Source: Macrostomum lignano (taxonomy: Eukaryota). From it: 64,000 bases of DNA. A program made the position numbers and the translations under genes. This document shows positions 13,400 to 25,492 of this stretch, piece by piece; position 1 is the first letter of the stretch, and each line of letters opens with the position of its first letter. The notes below the pieces were generated by a model. The model saw only the letters and a program-made list of their open reading frames with translations, ran no database searches and was not told where the DNA came from. The stretch covers positions 505,517-569,516 of the forward strand of contig NIVC01000240.1 in the NCBI GenBank assembly GCA_002269645.1, in the 5' to 3' direction.

Positions 13400-14215
13400 C
13401 ACTGGCGCCGCTGACATTGACGTCACTGGCATCACTGGCATTAGCCTAGCCGCATTAGCGCCACTGGCATTCATGGCACCAATGGCATTGGCATCACTGG
13501 CATTAGCGCCATTGGCGTCACTGGCATTAGCGCCATTGGCGCCACTGGCATTAGCGCCATTGACATTGGCGTCACTGGCATTGGCATCACTGGCATTGGC
13601 ATCACTGGAATTAGCGTGAATTAGCGCCACTGGCATTCATGGCGCCAATGGCATTGGCGTCACTGGCATTAGCGCCATTGACATTGGCGTCACTGGCATT
13701 GGCATCACTGGCATTGGCATCACTGGAATTAGCGCCACTGGCATTCATGGCGTCACTGGCATTAGCGCCATTGACATTAGCGCCACTGGCATTCATGGCG
13801 TCACTGGCATTAGCGCTATTGGCATTGGCGTCACTGGCATTAGCGCCATTGACATTGGCGTCACTGGCATTGGCATCACTGGCATTGGCATCACTGGAAT
13901 TAGCGCCACTGGCATTCATGGCGTCACTGGCATTAGCGCCATTGACATTAGCGCCACTGGCATTGGCATCACTGGAATTAGCGCCCCTGGCATTCATGGC
14001 GTCACTGGCATTAGCGCCATTGGCATTGGCGTCACTGGCATTAGCGCCATTGACATTAGCGCCACTGGCATTGGCATCACTGGAATTAGCGCCACTGGCA
14101 TTCATGGCGTCACTGGCATTAGCGCCATTGGCATTGGCGTCACTGGCATTAGCGCCATTGACATTAGCGCCACTGGCATTGGCATCACTGGAATTAGCGC
14201 CACTGGCATTAGCGC
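13400..14215. repeat. Compound repeat of 3n-length modules (TGGCAT, TAGCGC, CACTGG, CATTGA)
   Basis: Read directly; translates as (LALAPLASL)n on + or (ANASDA/GANVN)n on -. Confidence 0.85.
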
Positions 14216-14516
14216 TCGGGGTGTTAGCGCGACTAGGCGCCTAGCGTCGGAGCGTCAGTCGCCAGTTGCAACCCCCCCCCCCCAATCCAGATGCTATGTA
14301 CCCACGAGTGCAGATCTCCATGACTCGGGCGAAGAGCCTGGTCTGTTTACCGCTCCGCTGGCCGCTAAGTTTGCTCGCCGGCCAAGGCCAGCTGGCCAGA
14401 TTGGGGCGGACAGCCCAGTTGAACAATGCTTGCCCAGCCAGACCAATATATAAGCAATCTATTATTGGACTTCTCCCGCCGGATGCCCAGCAATTCAGCC
14501 AGGTATTCAATTCTCA

Positions 14517-15089
14517 ATGCCGTTTTACCGAGCCTCTAAAACTGCTGCTGAGGCCCGCAAGCAGCAGCAGCAGACTAGCCGAGCCAGGCGAAAGAGGCAG
14601 GACTCTCAACCACGACAGCCAAAGCTGCCGCCGCCTTGCCGGTACGTGGAACTCGAAACCGAGACGACCTCGTCGGCCAACGCCGCTGTTCAAAACGACA
14701 AAAGCGACCAGCGGAGGCGGTCGACTTGGTCAGTGCCGCAGCCGGCGCAGGCCGCGGTCGACGCCAAGTATTTCCGATCGGAATTTGTGCGCCGGATGCA
14801 CGCTCGGGCCACGGCGGATAGGCGGAGCTGCGGGCGGGACGGCGGCTCGTCCAGCAGCGAGGACGAAGCGGACGCCTGGAGGCGGCTGTCGCTGGCCGAT
14901 CGAATCCGCATGGCCAGGGCAGCGGAGTCTTCGCAGGCAGCGGCAGCGGCGCCATCAAAGGGCCGAGCCCAGGTGGCGAGGGTGTCAGTCGACAGCGGCA
15001 AGGTCAAGGACGGGCAGCAGGCGAGCGAGAGGCCAGCTGGTGGAAGTTTGACAGGCTGGAAATCACATGCTGCTCGCCCTTCTGCATGA
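14517..15089 (+). CDS. Hypothetical protein, 190 aa, low-complexity and basic; may be a terminal exon
   Basis: GC-rich ATG-initiated ORF with Q/S/A runs like neighbouring real exons; no recognisable domain. Confidence 0.4.
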   Translation: MPFYRASKTAAEARKQQQQTSRARRKRQDSQPRQPKLPPPCRYVELETETTSSANAAVQNDKSDQRRRSTWSVPQPAQAAVDAKYFRSEFVRRMHARATADRRSCGRDGGSSSSEDEADAWRRLSLADRIRMARAAESSQAAAAAPSKGRAQVARVSVDSGKVKDGQQASERPAGGSLTGWKSHAARPSA

Positions 15090-15704
15090 ATTTGTAACTT
15101 GATTGAAAACCGCCGCATATCAATTAGGCTCCCATGGCTCCATCCCAAAATCCCAAACAAGTTGACGCGCTTGAACAGTTTTAGATATTTTGGCGCTGAA
15201 CTGATGGCGTTGCGATCCCGTGCGAATATAGCAGTTTATATCTTTTTATTTTTAACTATATGGTAGCAGTTCATAGCAAATGCACAACCGCTAGTCATGT
15301 CTGCTGAAGTAAACTCGCACAGCCCAATAAACCAGTCCAAAATTGAGCTGGAAAATAATTTACAAACAGAAAAAACTTTTACAGAAAATTTGCTAAACAG
15401 AGAAATAAAATCTTGCTACGTATGATATCTGTCGTTCAATGGAAAGCAATAGACACTTCTCTGTAAATATCTATCATTTGAGTTCCTTTCTGTATACCAG
15501 CTTGACAATAAAATTATTGAAAATTAAATATAAGCTACTTGTAGCTTAGTACAAGTTTCAAATGATTAAAAACAAATTGTGCTATGCAAACTGTCTTATT
15601 TCAAGCCACATTAATATAATATACCTACCTGCCTTTTGTTACGGTTGAATAACTAGACGACTGTCTAGATCCACCGCACAAGCGTATCTACAACCGCGCA
15701 TTCA

Positions 15705-16100
15705 CCTCACTCCACTCCCTGCCCCGCTCAGCCAATCGCTGCAAACCACCTCACTCCACTCCCTGCTCCGCTCAGCCAATCGCTGCACCCCACCTAATTC
15801 CACTCCCTGCTACGCTCAGCCAATCGCTGCAAACCACCTCACTCCACTCCCTGCTACGCTCAGCCAATCGCTGCAAACCACCTCACTTCACTCCCTGCTA
15901 CGCTCAGCCAATCGCTGCAAACCACCTCACTCCACTCCCTGCTCCGCTCAGCCAATCGCTGCACCCCACCTAACTCCACTCCCTGCTACGCTCAGCCAAT
16001 CTCTGCAAACCACCTAACTCCACTCTCTGCCCCGCTCAGCCAATCGCTGCAAACCACCTCACTCCACTCTCTGCCCCGCTCATCCAATCACTGAACCCAC
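15705..16100. repeat. Minisatellite, ~42-44-bp unit CACCTCACTCCACTCCCTGCTCCGCTCAGCCAATCGCTGCAAAC
   Basis: Tandem copies; related to the array at 18805-19125. Confidence 0.88.
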
Positions 16101-16169
16101 CTTACGCTACTCTCCGGCCTGACCAGACTGCATGCAGAGACCTTAACAAATTCAAATTAGACAATATTG

Positions 16170-19100
16170 TTAAATTTGAGCCTGCAATAGGTTAGATTTT
16201 GATCTGATGCGATAAAAGCTCCAACTGATAAGCTGTAGGCAGCCAATCACAGCGGGCAGGTAGCAGGCCAGCATGAGCATCATGTTCGATAGAGCTTGCG
16301 GACAAGTCAGCCCGCCGGCGTCAGCTGAACCAAAGGAGTTAGACGCGGCTGACCTATAGGTTTGATAGCCGCGCATGTTTAACAATTGCACCACAACCAG
16401 TGGCGCCAGACTAATAGCCGGCTTTGTGACTAAAGCGTTCAATCCGAATACTGTCGACGAGAGCGGCAGGCGGCGCGAATTGACAAGTCGATCGCGATCG
16501 ACCAGCTCGCTTAGGGGCAGGTCGAACAGGCTGAACGCGGCCGAGTTCAAGCTGCAGCAAGCGACAGAGTAGACTGCGAACATTGTGCGCGACAAGGCCA
16601 GAACTCCGGTGAGGTGGAGCAGCGGGCCGGCCGCCACTTTGAACACCAGACTGAGCAGCACAGCCCGATGGTGGCCGAACCGCCGGATTAGCGGGAGTCC
16701 GCCGACGACGGCCAGCTAAATGAAGAGATTTATATGAGCTGCGGATTAATATGTGATTACTCTGCTGGCCCAGCAGCTGAGGATCTGGGGTGATGGCCTA
16801 GCAACTGAGGAGGCTGGCCCAGCAACTGAGGATCTGGGGTGATGGCCTAGCAACTGAGGAGGCTGGCACAGCAACTGAGGATCTGAGAGGCTGGCTCAGC
16901 AACTGAGGATCTGGGAGGCTGGCCCAGCAACTGAGGCTCTGGGAGGCTGGCCCAGCAACTGAGGATCTGGGAGGCTGGCTCAGCAACTGAGGATCTGGGA
17001 GGCTGGCCCAGCAACTGAGGATCTGGGAGGCTGGCCCAGCAACTGAGGATTTGGGAGGCTGGCTCAGCAACTGAGGATCTGGGAGGCTGGCCCAGCAACT
17101 GAGGATCTGGGAGGCTGGCCCACAGATACTAGAATAACTAGATAAGCCACTCAGCACATTTGCGTGTAAGCTACTTTCAGTTCAGAAGTAAGTTAAACCG
17201 AAGCATTTTAATGTATTTTCAAAGCCAAAGCTCATTTATTGGCTCTCTCCCCCCTTAGCTTAAACCCTCCAACCGCACCTTTCCACACTACCCCCCGCCC
17301 CGCCACCCATTTTTTATTGCCTTCCTCGGAATTCCAGCCTAAAGCTGCCATGTACATTTCAGTGGATTGGCTAATGTACATTATTGCTGAACCAATTAGC
17401 AAGCTGTTAGCGCCTGCAAGCTTGGGCTTCTAAACTTATCAGTCATTTCAGCTGCCTTTATTTTTTAAAATAGCTTATGTATTCTTCTTTGCTACTGAAC
17501 TGAAAATAGAAAGCTGTTTTACTATGTATTTATGCCTGAGTGGCCTATCTAGTTATTCTAGTATCTGTGGGCTGGCCCAGCAACTGAGGATCTGGGAGGC
17601 TGGCCCAGCAACCGAGGATCTGGGAGGCTGGCTCAGCAACTGAGGATCTGGGAGGCTGGCCCAGCAACTGAGGATCTGGGAGGCTGGCCCAACAACTGAG
17701 AATCTGGGAGGTTGGCCCAGCAACTGAGGATCTGGGAGGCTGGCCCAACAACTGAGAATCTGGGAGGTTGGCCCAGCAACTGAGGATCTGGGAGGCTGGC
17801 TCAGCAACTGAGGATCTGGGAGGCTTGTCCAGCAACTGAGGATCTGGGAGGCTGGCCCAGCAACTGAGGATCTGGGAGGCTGGCTCAGCAACTGAGGATC
17901 TGGGAGGCTTGTCCAGCAACTGAGGATCTGGGAGGCTGGCCCAGCAACTGAGGATCTGGGAGGCTGGCCCGGCAACTGAGGATCTGGGAGGCTGGCCCAA
18001 CAACTGAGAATCTGGGAGGCTGGCCCGGCAACTGAGGATCTGGGAGGCTGGCCCAACAACTGAGAATCTGGGAGGTTGGCCCAGCAACTGAGGATCTGGG
18101 AGGCTGGCTCAGCAACTGAGGATCTGGGAGGTTGACCAACAGCTGAGGATCTGGGAGGCTGGCCCAGCAACTGAGGATCTGGGAGGCTGGCTCAGCAACT
18201 GAGAATCTGGGAGGGCGGGGCCCAATGACGTTGAGCCGCAGCGAAACTCACAGCCGGGAGCAGAGAGATCAGCAGGTAGGCTCCGCTTCGCTGCAACGGG
18301 CTGGCCGGGCCCAGCGGCTCCATGAATATTGACAGGAAATTCGCCCACATGCTGGCCTCAAATATCTGCAGAAAATTGGTGACCACAAATGCTAAAAAGT
18401 CGCGCTGTAGCACAATCTGACGCAGTTGAACAGACAGGCTGGCGTCGGCGGTTGATTGACAAGCGGCATCGGCCTCGACGCAGCCAGACTCCGTTCGGTG
18501 ACTGTCCTGATCAAGCTGCGCCTGCTGCTTGTCGTAAACCGATGAGGAATAGCGACCGCCAATGTAGACAAACACAGTTGCCAAGACAGCAAGGACCAAA
18601 CAGCCAAGCTGGAAGCTACGGAAATCGGCCAGATTGTGCGAGATTAAATTTAGAAAGGCTACGGACCAGGACACGGTCAAGCTGCCCATCACCTGGGTAG
18701 GGTAAGGAGACAATTTGCGGAGTTATAAAAATAGCACAAACGAATTCACCTGCTTGCGCTTACCCATCTAACTACACGATACCACTTCATCACCAATCCA
18801 TTACGCACCCACCTCACTCCACTCCCTGCCCCGCTTTATCGCGCATCCACTTCACTCCACTCCCTACCCCACTTAATAGTGCACCCACCTCACTCCACTC
18901 CCTGCCCCGCTCAATCGCGCATCCACCTAACTCCACTCCTTGCCCCGCTCAATCGCGCACCCACCTCACTCCACTCCCTGCCCCGCTCAATCGCGCACCC
19001 AACTCACGCCACTGCCTGCCCCGCTCAGCCAATCGCTGCACCCCACCTCGCTCCACTCCCTGCCCAGCTCAATCGCGCACCCACCTCACTCCACTCCCTG

Positions 19101-19677
19101 CCCCGCTCAATCGCGCACGCATCGCACGCCCGTCTGCCTTGAAAAACCTTGCTATCGCGATCGACTTAATCAACTAATCAATCAATCGTGAATAAACAAA
19201 GCTGCAAAGCATTTGATACTTCTTAGTCTCCAACCGTCGATCGTAGCAGGTGGACATCTCAGCAAAGACTGCGCACTGAGCCAATGCTACAAATGTAAAC
19301 ACCGAATCGTATAGGCAAAGAGCAAAAAACAGCTGGATGCCGACAGAGCGCGTGTCTGGCTGTCCCCATGGTAACCAGGTGATAGCATAGATAATGCCAA
19401 GCAACGGAGCGCCGATTTTGATAGACGAACGCCGGGTTCTGCAACACAAACCGGACTGGCGCTTGTCCAGGAAATAAGCAAACAAAGGATCATTGATGGT
19501 GTTCCACACTAGGAATAGTATCTGAACAGTTTGAAAGTCCGATTCGAGCACACCGAAAACTTCTAGGAAGACTTTCACGTAGAAAAAATTGAACGGCGAA
19601 TTTACCAGGCTAAGGCCGACAGTGATGGATGCAAATGCCAAGGAGCCCCTGTCCAGAGACTTCAGGCTGGATAGCAT
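16170..19677 (-). CDS. MFSD13A: MFS transporter, MFSD13A/TMEM180-like. Exons 19677-19198, 18692-18252, 16715-16170
   Basis: Multi-TM spliced protein with FYVKVF, FLVWNTINDPLFAY, FFALCLYD, ELVDRD, FGLNALVTKPAISLAP motifs. Acceptors CCCAG|GTG and TTTAG|CTG and donor GCT|GTGAGT are clear; the exon-1 donor (TTT|GTTTAT) is weak. Confidence 0.85.
16765..18200. repeat. Minisatellite, 28-bp unit CAGCAACTGAGGATCTGGGAGGCTGGCC, interrupted by a MITE at 17121-17569
   Basis: Tandem copies in intron 2 of the MFS gene. Confidence 0.92.
17121..17569. mobile_element. MITE copy 2 (449 bp), inverted relative to 5904-6334
   Basis: TIRs CACAGATACTAGAATAACTAGATAAGCCACTC and GAGTGGCCTATCTAGTTATTCTAGTATCTGTG; perfect 8-bp TSD GGCTGGCC (17113-20, 17570-77); the interior is the reverse complement of copy 1. 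Confidence 0.9.
18805..19125. repeat. Minisatellite CACCTCACTCCACTCCCTGCCCCGCTCAATCGCGCACC (~38 bp), in intron 1 of the MFS gene
   Basis: Tandem copies; same family as 15705-16100. Confidence 0.85.
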
Positions 19678-19784
19678 TTTCTCACCGGATTAGAAGCGGC
19701 CGTCTTCCAGTCTTTCTTGCTTTTGTTTGACTGCGAGTGCTGTTAGCAGCAATTTGTGATAAGGAAATTGGTTCTGGGAGTTGG

Positions 19785-20075
19785 GGAGGGGCGATTCTGA
19801 GTCGGGGGGCGGGGAGCGGCGATTCCGAGTTGGGGGAGGGGGATTTCGGTTTGGGGGTGTATCTGAGTCGGGGGGCGGGGGCGGCGATTCCGAGTTGGGG
19901 GAGGGGGATTTCGGTTTGGGGGTGTATCTGAGTCGGGGGGCGGGGAGCGGCGATTCCGAGTTGGGGGAGGGGGATTTCGGTTTGGGGGTGTATCTGAGTC
20001 GGGGGGCGGCGATTCCGAGTTGGGGGTGATTTTGACTCGGGCAGGGGCGGTTCTGAGTTGAGTTGGGGGGGGGGA
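19785..20075. repeat. G-rich tandem repeat (~60-bp unit) upstream of the MFS gene
   Basis: GATTCCGAGTTGGGGGAGGGGGATTTCGGTTTGGGGGTGTATCTGAGTCGGGGGGCGG repeated. Confidence 0.8.
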
Positions 20076-20454
20076 CTTTTTGAGTTTGGGGGATTCTTCG
20101 CAATAATACTTTTGCTACATAGGGCTATTTATTAATACAACAAACAATGAGCATAAACATAACGCAATACACTTACTTTACTAAACCAGTGTATTAATCG
20201 AGCAATTAATGAGTGACAGTGCAGTCAAAAATGGAAGGAAGAGCAAGCCTTTTGATCCAATAATGCAAAAGTGCAGCGCAGAGAACACAGGACTAATGTA
20301 ACAAGTTAACAATAATTGACACTGTAATCAAAGCAGTCCATTTGGGAACAAGGTAACAATATTTCACAAAGTACTGATAGGAAGCCGTAGCGAAATAGGT
20401 GGCCCAATAGGTACTAGTTTATCTACAGTGAACTCAATCTCATTCTTGAGTAGG

Positions 20455-20925
20455 CAGACTCAAAATCTCATCTCTAGAGTATAGGAGACTCAAAATCTCA
20501 TCCTTAGAGTATGTGAGACTTAAATTCTCATCCCTAGAGTATTGAAGACTCAAAATCTCATCTCTAGAGTATAGGAGGCTCAAAATCTCACTTCTAGAGT
20601 ATTGAAGACTCAAAATCTCATCCTTAGAGTGTAGGAGACTCAAAACCTCATCCCTAGAGTATAGGAGACTTAAACTCTCATCTCTAGAGTATAGAAGACT
20701 CAAAATCTCATCACTAGAGTATATGAGACTCAAAATCTCATCCCTAAGAGTATAGGACTCAAAATTTCATCTCTAGAGTATAGGAGGCTCAAAATCTCAT
20801 CCTTTGAATATAGGAGACTCAAAATCTCACCTCTAGAGTATTGAAGACTCGAAATCGCATTCCTAGAGTAGGAGACTCAAAATCTCATCCCTAGAGTAGG
20901 AGACTCAAAATCTAACCCCTAGAGT
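20455..20925. repeat. Minisatellite, 30-bp unit GACTCAAAATCTCATCTCTAGAGTATAGGA
   Basis: About 15 tandem copies. Confidence 0.9.
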
Positions 20926-21364
20926 TTGAACTTCTATAGCTGGCAATATGATTAATGCATGCAGTTAGTTGAAAAGAAGAATGCAGAGCAAAATGACAGC
21001 AAACAAATGTGCAATGACAAATTACAGAAATCAATGGACATGCAACTCTTTATTAATGGTATTGATTTAAATAGCAAAAGAAAATTAGGAAAAAACAATT
21101 AATAGAGGATTAAAACGGATTGAATTATATTAGTGTCAGAAAATCTGCGAGAACATTGCAATAGATTACATAAAGCTACGGAAAGTGCATAATTATACAA
21201 AATAGAAACATGAAATTTACAAGCAGATTACTTAGCACAGGTTAAATACCGTTTAGTAAATACTCACTTCCGAATAAATAACCAAGACTTGTACAGTGTC
21301 GCTATTTAAATTTGCGCCAAAAGTGAAACAAACATTTTCCGGATTTTCGGCGCCAATTCAAACT

Positions 21365-23707
21365 TTAGACATCGTCGTTATCGTATTCGTTGTCCTCTTC
21401 GTCGCCGTTGCCGTCCATCACCAGCCCGGCGGCGCCTTCAAGAGCGGCCACGGCGGCCGCCGTCTCTTCGTCCTCCTCATCGCCGTCGCCATTCTCATCG
21501 TCCATGTCTTCGTCGCCGTCTTCTTCGACTTCGCCGAGCACTGCGGCGGCAGCTCCGCCGCCATCTTCGTCGTCGTCGTCGTTGTCGTCATCATCGTCGC
21601 CACCTTCCCGATACTCGCCGTCTTCTTCGTTGTCGTTATCGGCTTCGCCGGCATCGTCTGGGGACGGGACCAGCCGGCAGAGGGCCCTGTGCAGCTCGCT
21701 GGCCACGAACTGCGGCACCCGGCCCGGGTGCGCGGAGCGGCAGTGCGCCAGGACCGGCTCCGGGTCGCAGCTGGCTGCCCCGCCGGAGGTGCAGTAGGCG
21801 CAGGCCAGACTGGGCACGCCCAGATGCTCGGCTACAATGTGCAGCCGAATCTCGGCCGGCCGGGCGGCCATGATGTCCGGGCAGTGCGAGCAAGCGAACA
21901 GATCGTCGTCAACGGACACAACCTGCCAGTGGCCGGAGCGGAGGGCCGCTTCGTGTCTGGCGGAGGCGAGCGACTCCTCGGCGGCACCCGATGAGCCCGC
22001 AGTTGATGAAGCTGGCTGCTGCTGCTGCGGCTGCGGCTGCTGCTGTCTGGGTGGCACGTAGCGAACCGGCAGTTTTTTACGACGCGAAGCGCCGGAGACG
22101 GCAGGGGCGGCGGCCGAAGCGGCGGCGGCAGCGGCTGTTGCGGAGGAGGACGAAGCGTCATTGCTGGCCTCGGCGTCAGCAGTCGGCGTTGGTGGAGTCG
22201 GCGGCAGCAACTGGGACGGCTGTTGGTCATCCTTAGACGACTGCAGAGCCTCCTGACTGTCCGGCACCACCCAGACCCACTCTTCTCGTCGATGCAGCGA
22301 CCAGGGTGCACCCGGCGAGGTCATAAAATCTGGCAGGCGACGACGGACAGTGTCGTTGATGTGAGCGACGGCCTCGGGCAGCTGAGCGATGCCGAACCGG
22401 CGGTTGCAGTCTGAGCAGACCAGCTCGCCTGCAAATGGCAGCGTTCGGACATTTGGGCTAGAGATATATGCTCGAATGCTCTCATGAACTACTGTTCTCA
22501 AGCATCACATAGAGTTCTCAAGCATCACATAGAGTTCTTAAGCATCACATAGAGTTCTCAAGCATCACATAGAGTTCTCAAGCATCACATAGAGTTCTCA
22601 AGCATCACATAGAGTTCTCAAGCATCACATAGAGTTCTCAAGCATCACATAGAGTTCTCAAGCATCACATAGAGTTCTCAAGCATCACATAGAGTTCTCA
22701 AGCATCACATAGAGTTCTCAAGCATCACATAGAGTTCTCAAGCATCACATAGAGTTCTCAAGCATCACATAGAGTTCTCAAGCATCACATATAGTTCTCA
22801 ATAAAGATTTCAAGCATCACATATAGTTCTCAATAGAGATCTCAAGCATCACATATAGTTCTCAATAGAGATCTCAAGCATCACATATAGTTCTCAATAG
22901 AGATCTCATGCATCACATATAGTTCTCAATAGAGATCTCAAGCATCACATAAAGTTCTCAATAGAGATCTCAAGCATCACACAAGTGCTTCGACTCGCAT
23001 GGCACCTACTCCAGCATACCTGTATCACACAGCAGCCTGAGATGCAGCTCAACGCTATCAAAGAGAGCAGACTCTACGCTATCCGTCATCGCGCTCCCTT
23101 CGCCGCCCTCCATCGTTGCCGCAGTTGCCAGCCGCATTCGCTTCATCAGGTCCGCTCGCGACTGCTCAGACAGCTTGCCCAGCCTGGCAAGATCGGAATC
23201 AACCATTGCCGACACCTGATGCCGGGTAGCCGCGTGAAAGGCCGCCTCTAGAGAGCACGGGAAGCTGCAGTGACAGCCGGTACACGTGTACTTTCCCTCG
23301 CCGGCTTTGCACACCAGCCGGCTGGGATTCTCCGCCACACCGGCCGGGTCGGCGTCCCCATCGATGCCGTTCCTGTCGGCACCGTTGACGCTGGCTGGCA
23401 GGGTCAGGCAGACCTCGTTTAACAGCAGCAGTCCGCGCTGATTGCCAGAATCAACAGAGCGACGGTGCGCCAGGGCCGCATGGTCGCGAACAATGTCCAC
23501 GTCGGTGCTGCAGGCGGCGCAGTCTGGACAGACGTACAGCTTGTAGCGGAAACTGTCGACACCGCCGTCGACACCGCCGCCCCTCCGACGGAGATGATCG
23601 GCGATCGCGTGTCGACGAAGCCGGTGCAGCTCGACGGTGGCGAAGGGGCACAGCGGGCAGCTAAGCGCCAGACAGGGCTGACCCTGCTGGCCAAGTGCGA
23701 CAGACAT
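21365..23707 (-). CDS. Multi C2H2-type zinc-finger protein with an acidic C-terminus. Exons 23707-23020 and 22428-21365
   Basis: CPLC..HAIADH, CPDC..HAALAH, CTGC..HAATRH, CSDC..HINDT, CSHC..HIVAEH and CAYC..HCRSAH motifs; phase-1 GT-AG intron (ACAG|GTATGC ... TTGCAG|GC); ATG preceded by CAG|AC. Confidence 0.85.
22495..22980. repeat. Minisatellite, 20-bp unit AGCATCACATAGAGTTCTCA with a 30-bp variant, in the zinc-finger gene intron
   Basis: Near-perfect tandem copies. Confidence 0.93.
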
Positions 23708-23884
23708 GTCTGAGCGGGATTGAGTGTCTGCTCTTCTCAGCTAAGCACTCTGGCGGGTGCGGGCTCGGCTTTGCTGGAATTGGGAGGACATCGGCAAACT
23801 GAATAGTGATTTCTAAACAGTTCCATTAGAGATCATTAAAAATATATCCCTCTGAGGTTCGGTGTCTTTAAATATGGCATACAA

Positions 23885-24570
23885 ATCTTATAGATCTTAT
23901 AGGGTCTTATAGACCCTATAGAGCACATAGATCATATAGATCTCATGGATCATATACATCCCATAGACCCTATAGATCATATAGATTCCATAGATCCAAT
24001 AAATCACATAGATCCTATAGACCCCATAGATGCAATAGATCCTTAAGATCCTATAGATCCATTAGATCCTATAGATCACATAGATCCTATAGATCACATA
24101 GATCCTGTTGAATATAAATCCCATAGATAATATAAATCCCAAATATCCTATAGTTCCCATAGATCCTATAGATCCCATAGATCCTATAGATCCCATAGAT
24201 CCTATAGATCCCATAGATCCTATAGATCCCATAGATCCTGTAGATCCCATAGATCCTATAGACCCCATAGATACTATAAATCCTATAGATCCCATAGATC
24301 CTATAAAACCTATAGATCCCATAGATCCTATAAAACCTATAGATCCCATAGATACTATAAATCCGATAAATCCCATAGATACTATAAATCCGATAAATCC
24401 CATAGATACTATAAATCCGATAAATCCCATAGATCCTATAAATCCTATAGATCCCATAGATCCTTTAAATCCGATAAATCCCATAGATACTATAAATCTT
24501 ATAGATCCTATAGATCCTATAGATCCCATAGATACTATAAATCCTATAAATCCCATAGATCGATCATAGA
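23885..24570. repeat. 9-bp minisatellite ATAGATCC(C/T)
   Basis: Tandem copies; produces the artefactual (IDP)n and (MGSIGF)n ORFs. Confidence 0.9.
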
Positions 24571-24934
24571 TCCCAATTACAACTGAGAATGTCAAGGATA
24601 GTCTCAAAAATTTAACAAGATCGGGCATACCTACAAAAAAGAGCTTAAAAAGTCAACAGAAGCTGGGAACACGAAAATAAGTTTGACAAAACAACTCATA
24701 GCTTTGGCAGTATGTACGCGAATGACAATCACAGTATTGAGCTATTATGTAATTTGTTTACAAAAAAAGGCATTACATGTAGAATATAGCAGGCATTCAA
24801 TGGCAGTTTAGTAAAAACTTAATTTAATTTAAAATTATTTAAAAAGCCTACAAAAAGTGCATGCATTTATTTTACTAAAAAAGTACAACTAACAAGCCGC
24901 CAAAGGCTGTGATAGCCGTCTGCATATTAACACA

Positions 24935-25432
24935 TTAATGTACATGTACCTGACCGAATAATGTTCATGTACCTGACCCATTAATGTACATGCACCTGAC
25001 CCAATAATTTACATGTACCTGACCCAATAATGTACATGTACCTGACCCAATAATGTACATGTACCTGACCCAATAATGTACATGTACCTGACCCAATAAT
25101 GTACATGTACCTGACCCATTAATGTACATGCACCTGACCCAATAATTTACATGTACCTGACCCATTAATGTACATGTACCTGACCCAATAATTTACAGGT
25201 ACCTGACCCAATAGTTTACAGGTACCTGACTGATTAGTTCACAGGTACCTGACTGATTAGTTCACAGGTACCTGACTGATTAGTTCACAGGTACCTGACT
25301 GATTAGTTCACAGGTACCTGACTGATTAGTTCACAGGTACCTGACTGATTAGTTCACAGGTACCTGACTGATTAGTTCACAGGTACCTGACTGATTAGTT
25401 CACAGGTACCTGACTGATTAGTTCACAGGTAC
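24935..25432. repeat. Two adjacent related 23-bp minisatellites (TACATGTACCTGACCCAATAATG, then CAGGTACCTGACTGATTAGTTCA)
   Basis: Tandem copies sharing a GTACCTGAC core. Confidence 0.88.
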
Positions 25433-25492
25433 CACCTGACCGCTGATTCAGCTGCCAAATTTGAAATGCTGCGGACAACATAAGCAGACCTT

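Noticed and set aside
24062-24628. (IDP)n and (MGSIGF)n ORFs resembling ice-nucleation or collagen-like repeats
   Set aside because: 9-bp minisatellite open on both strands, with no unique flanking coding sequence
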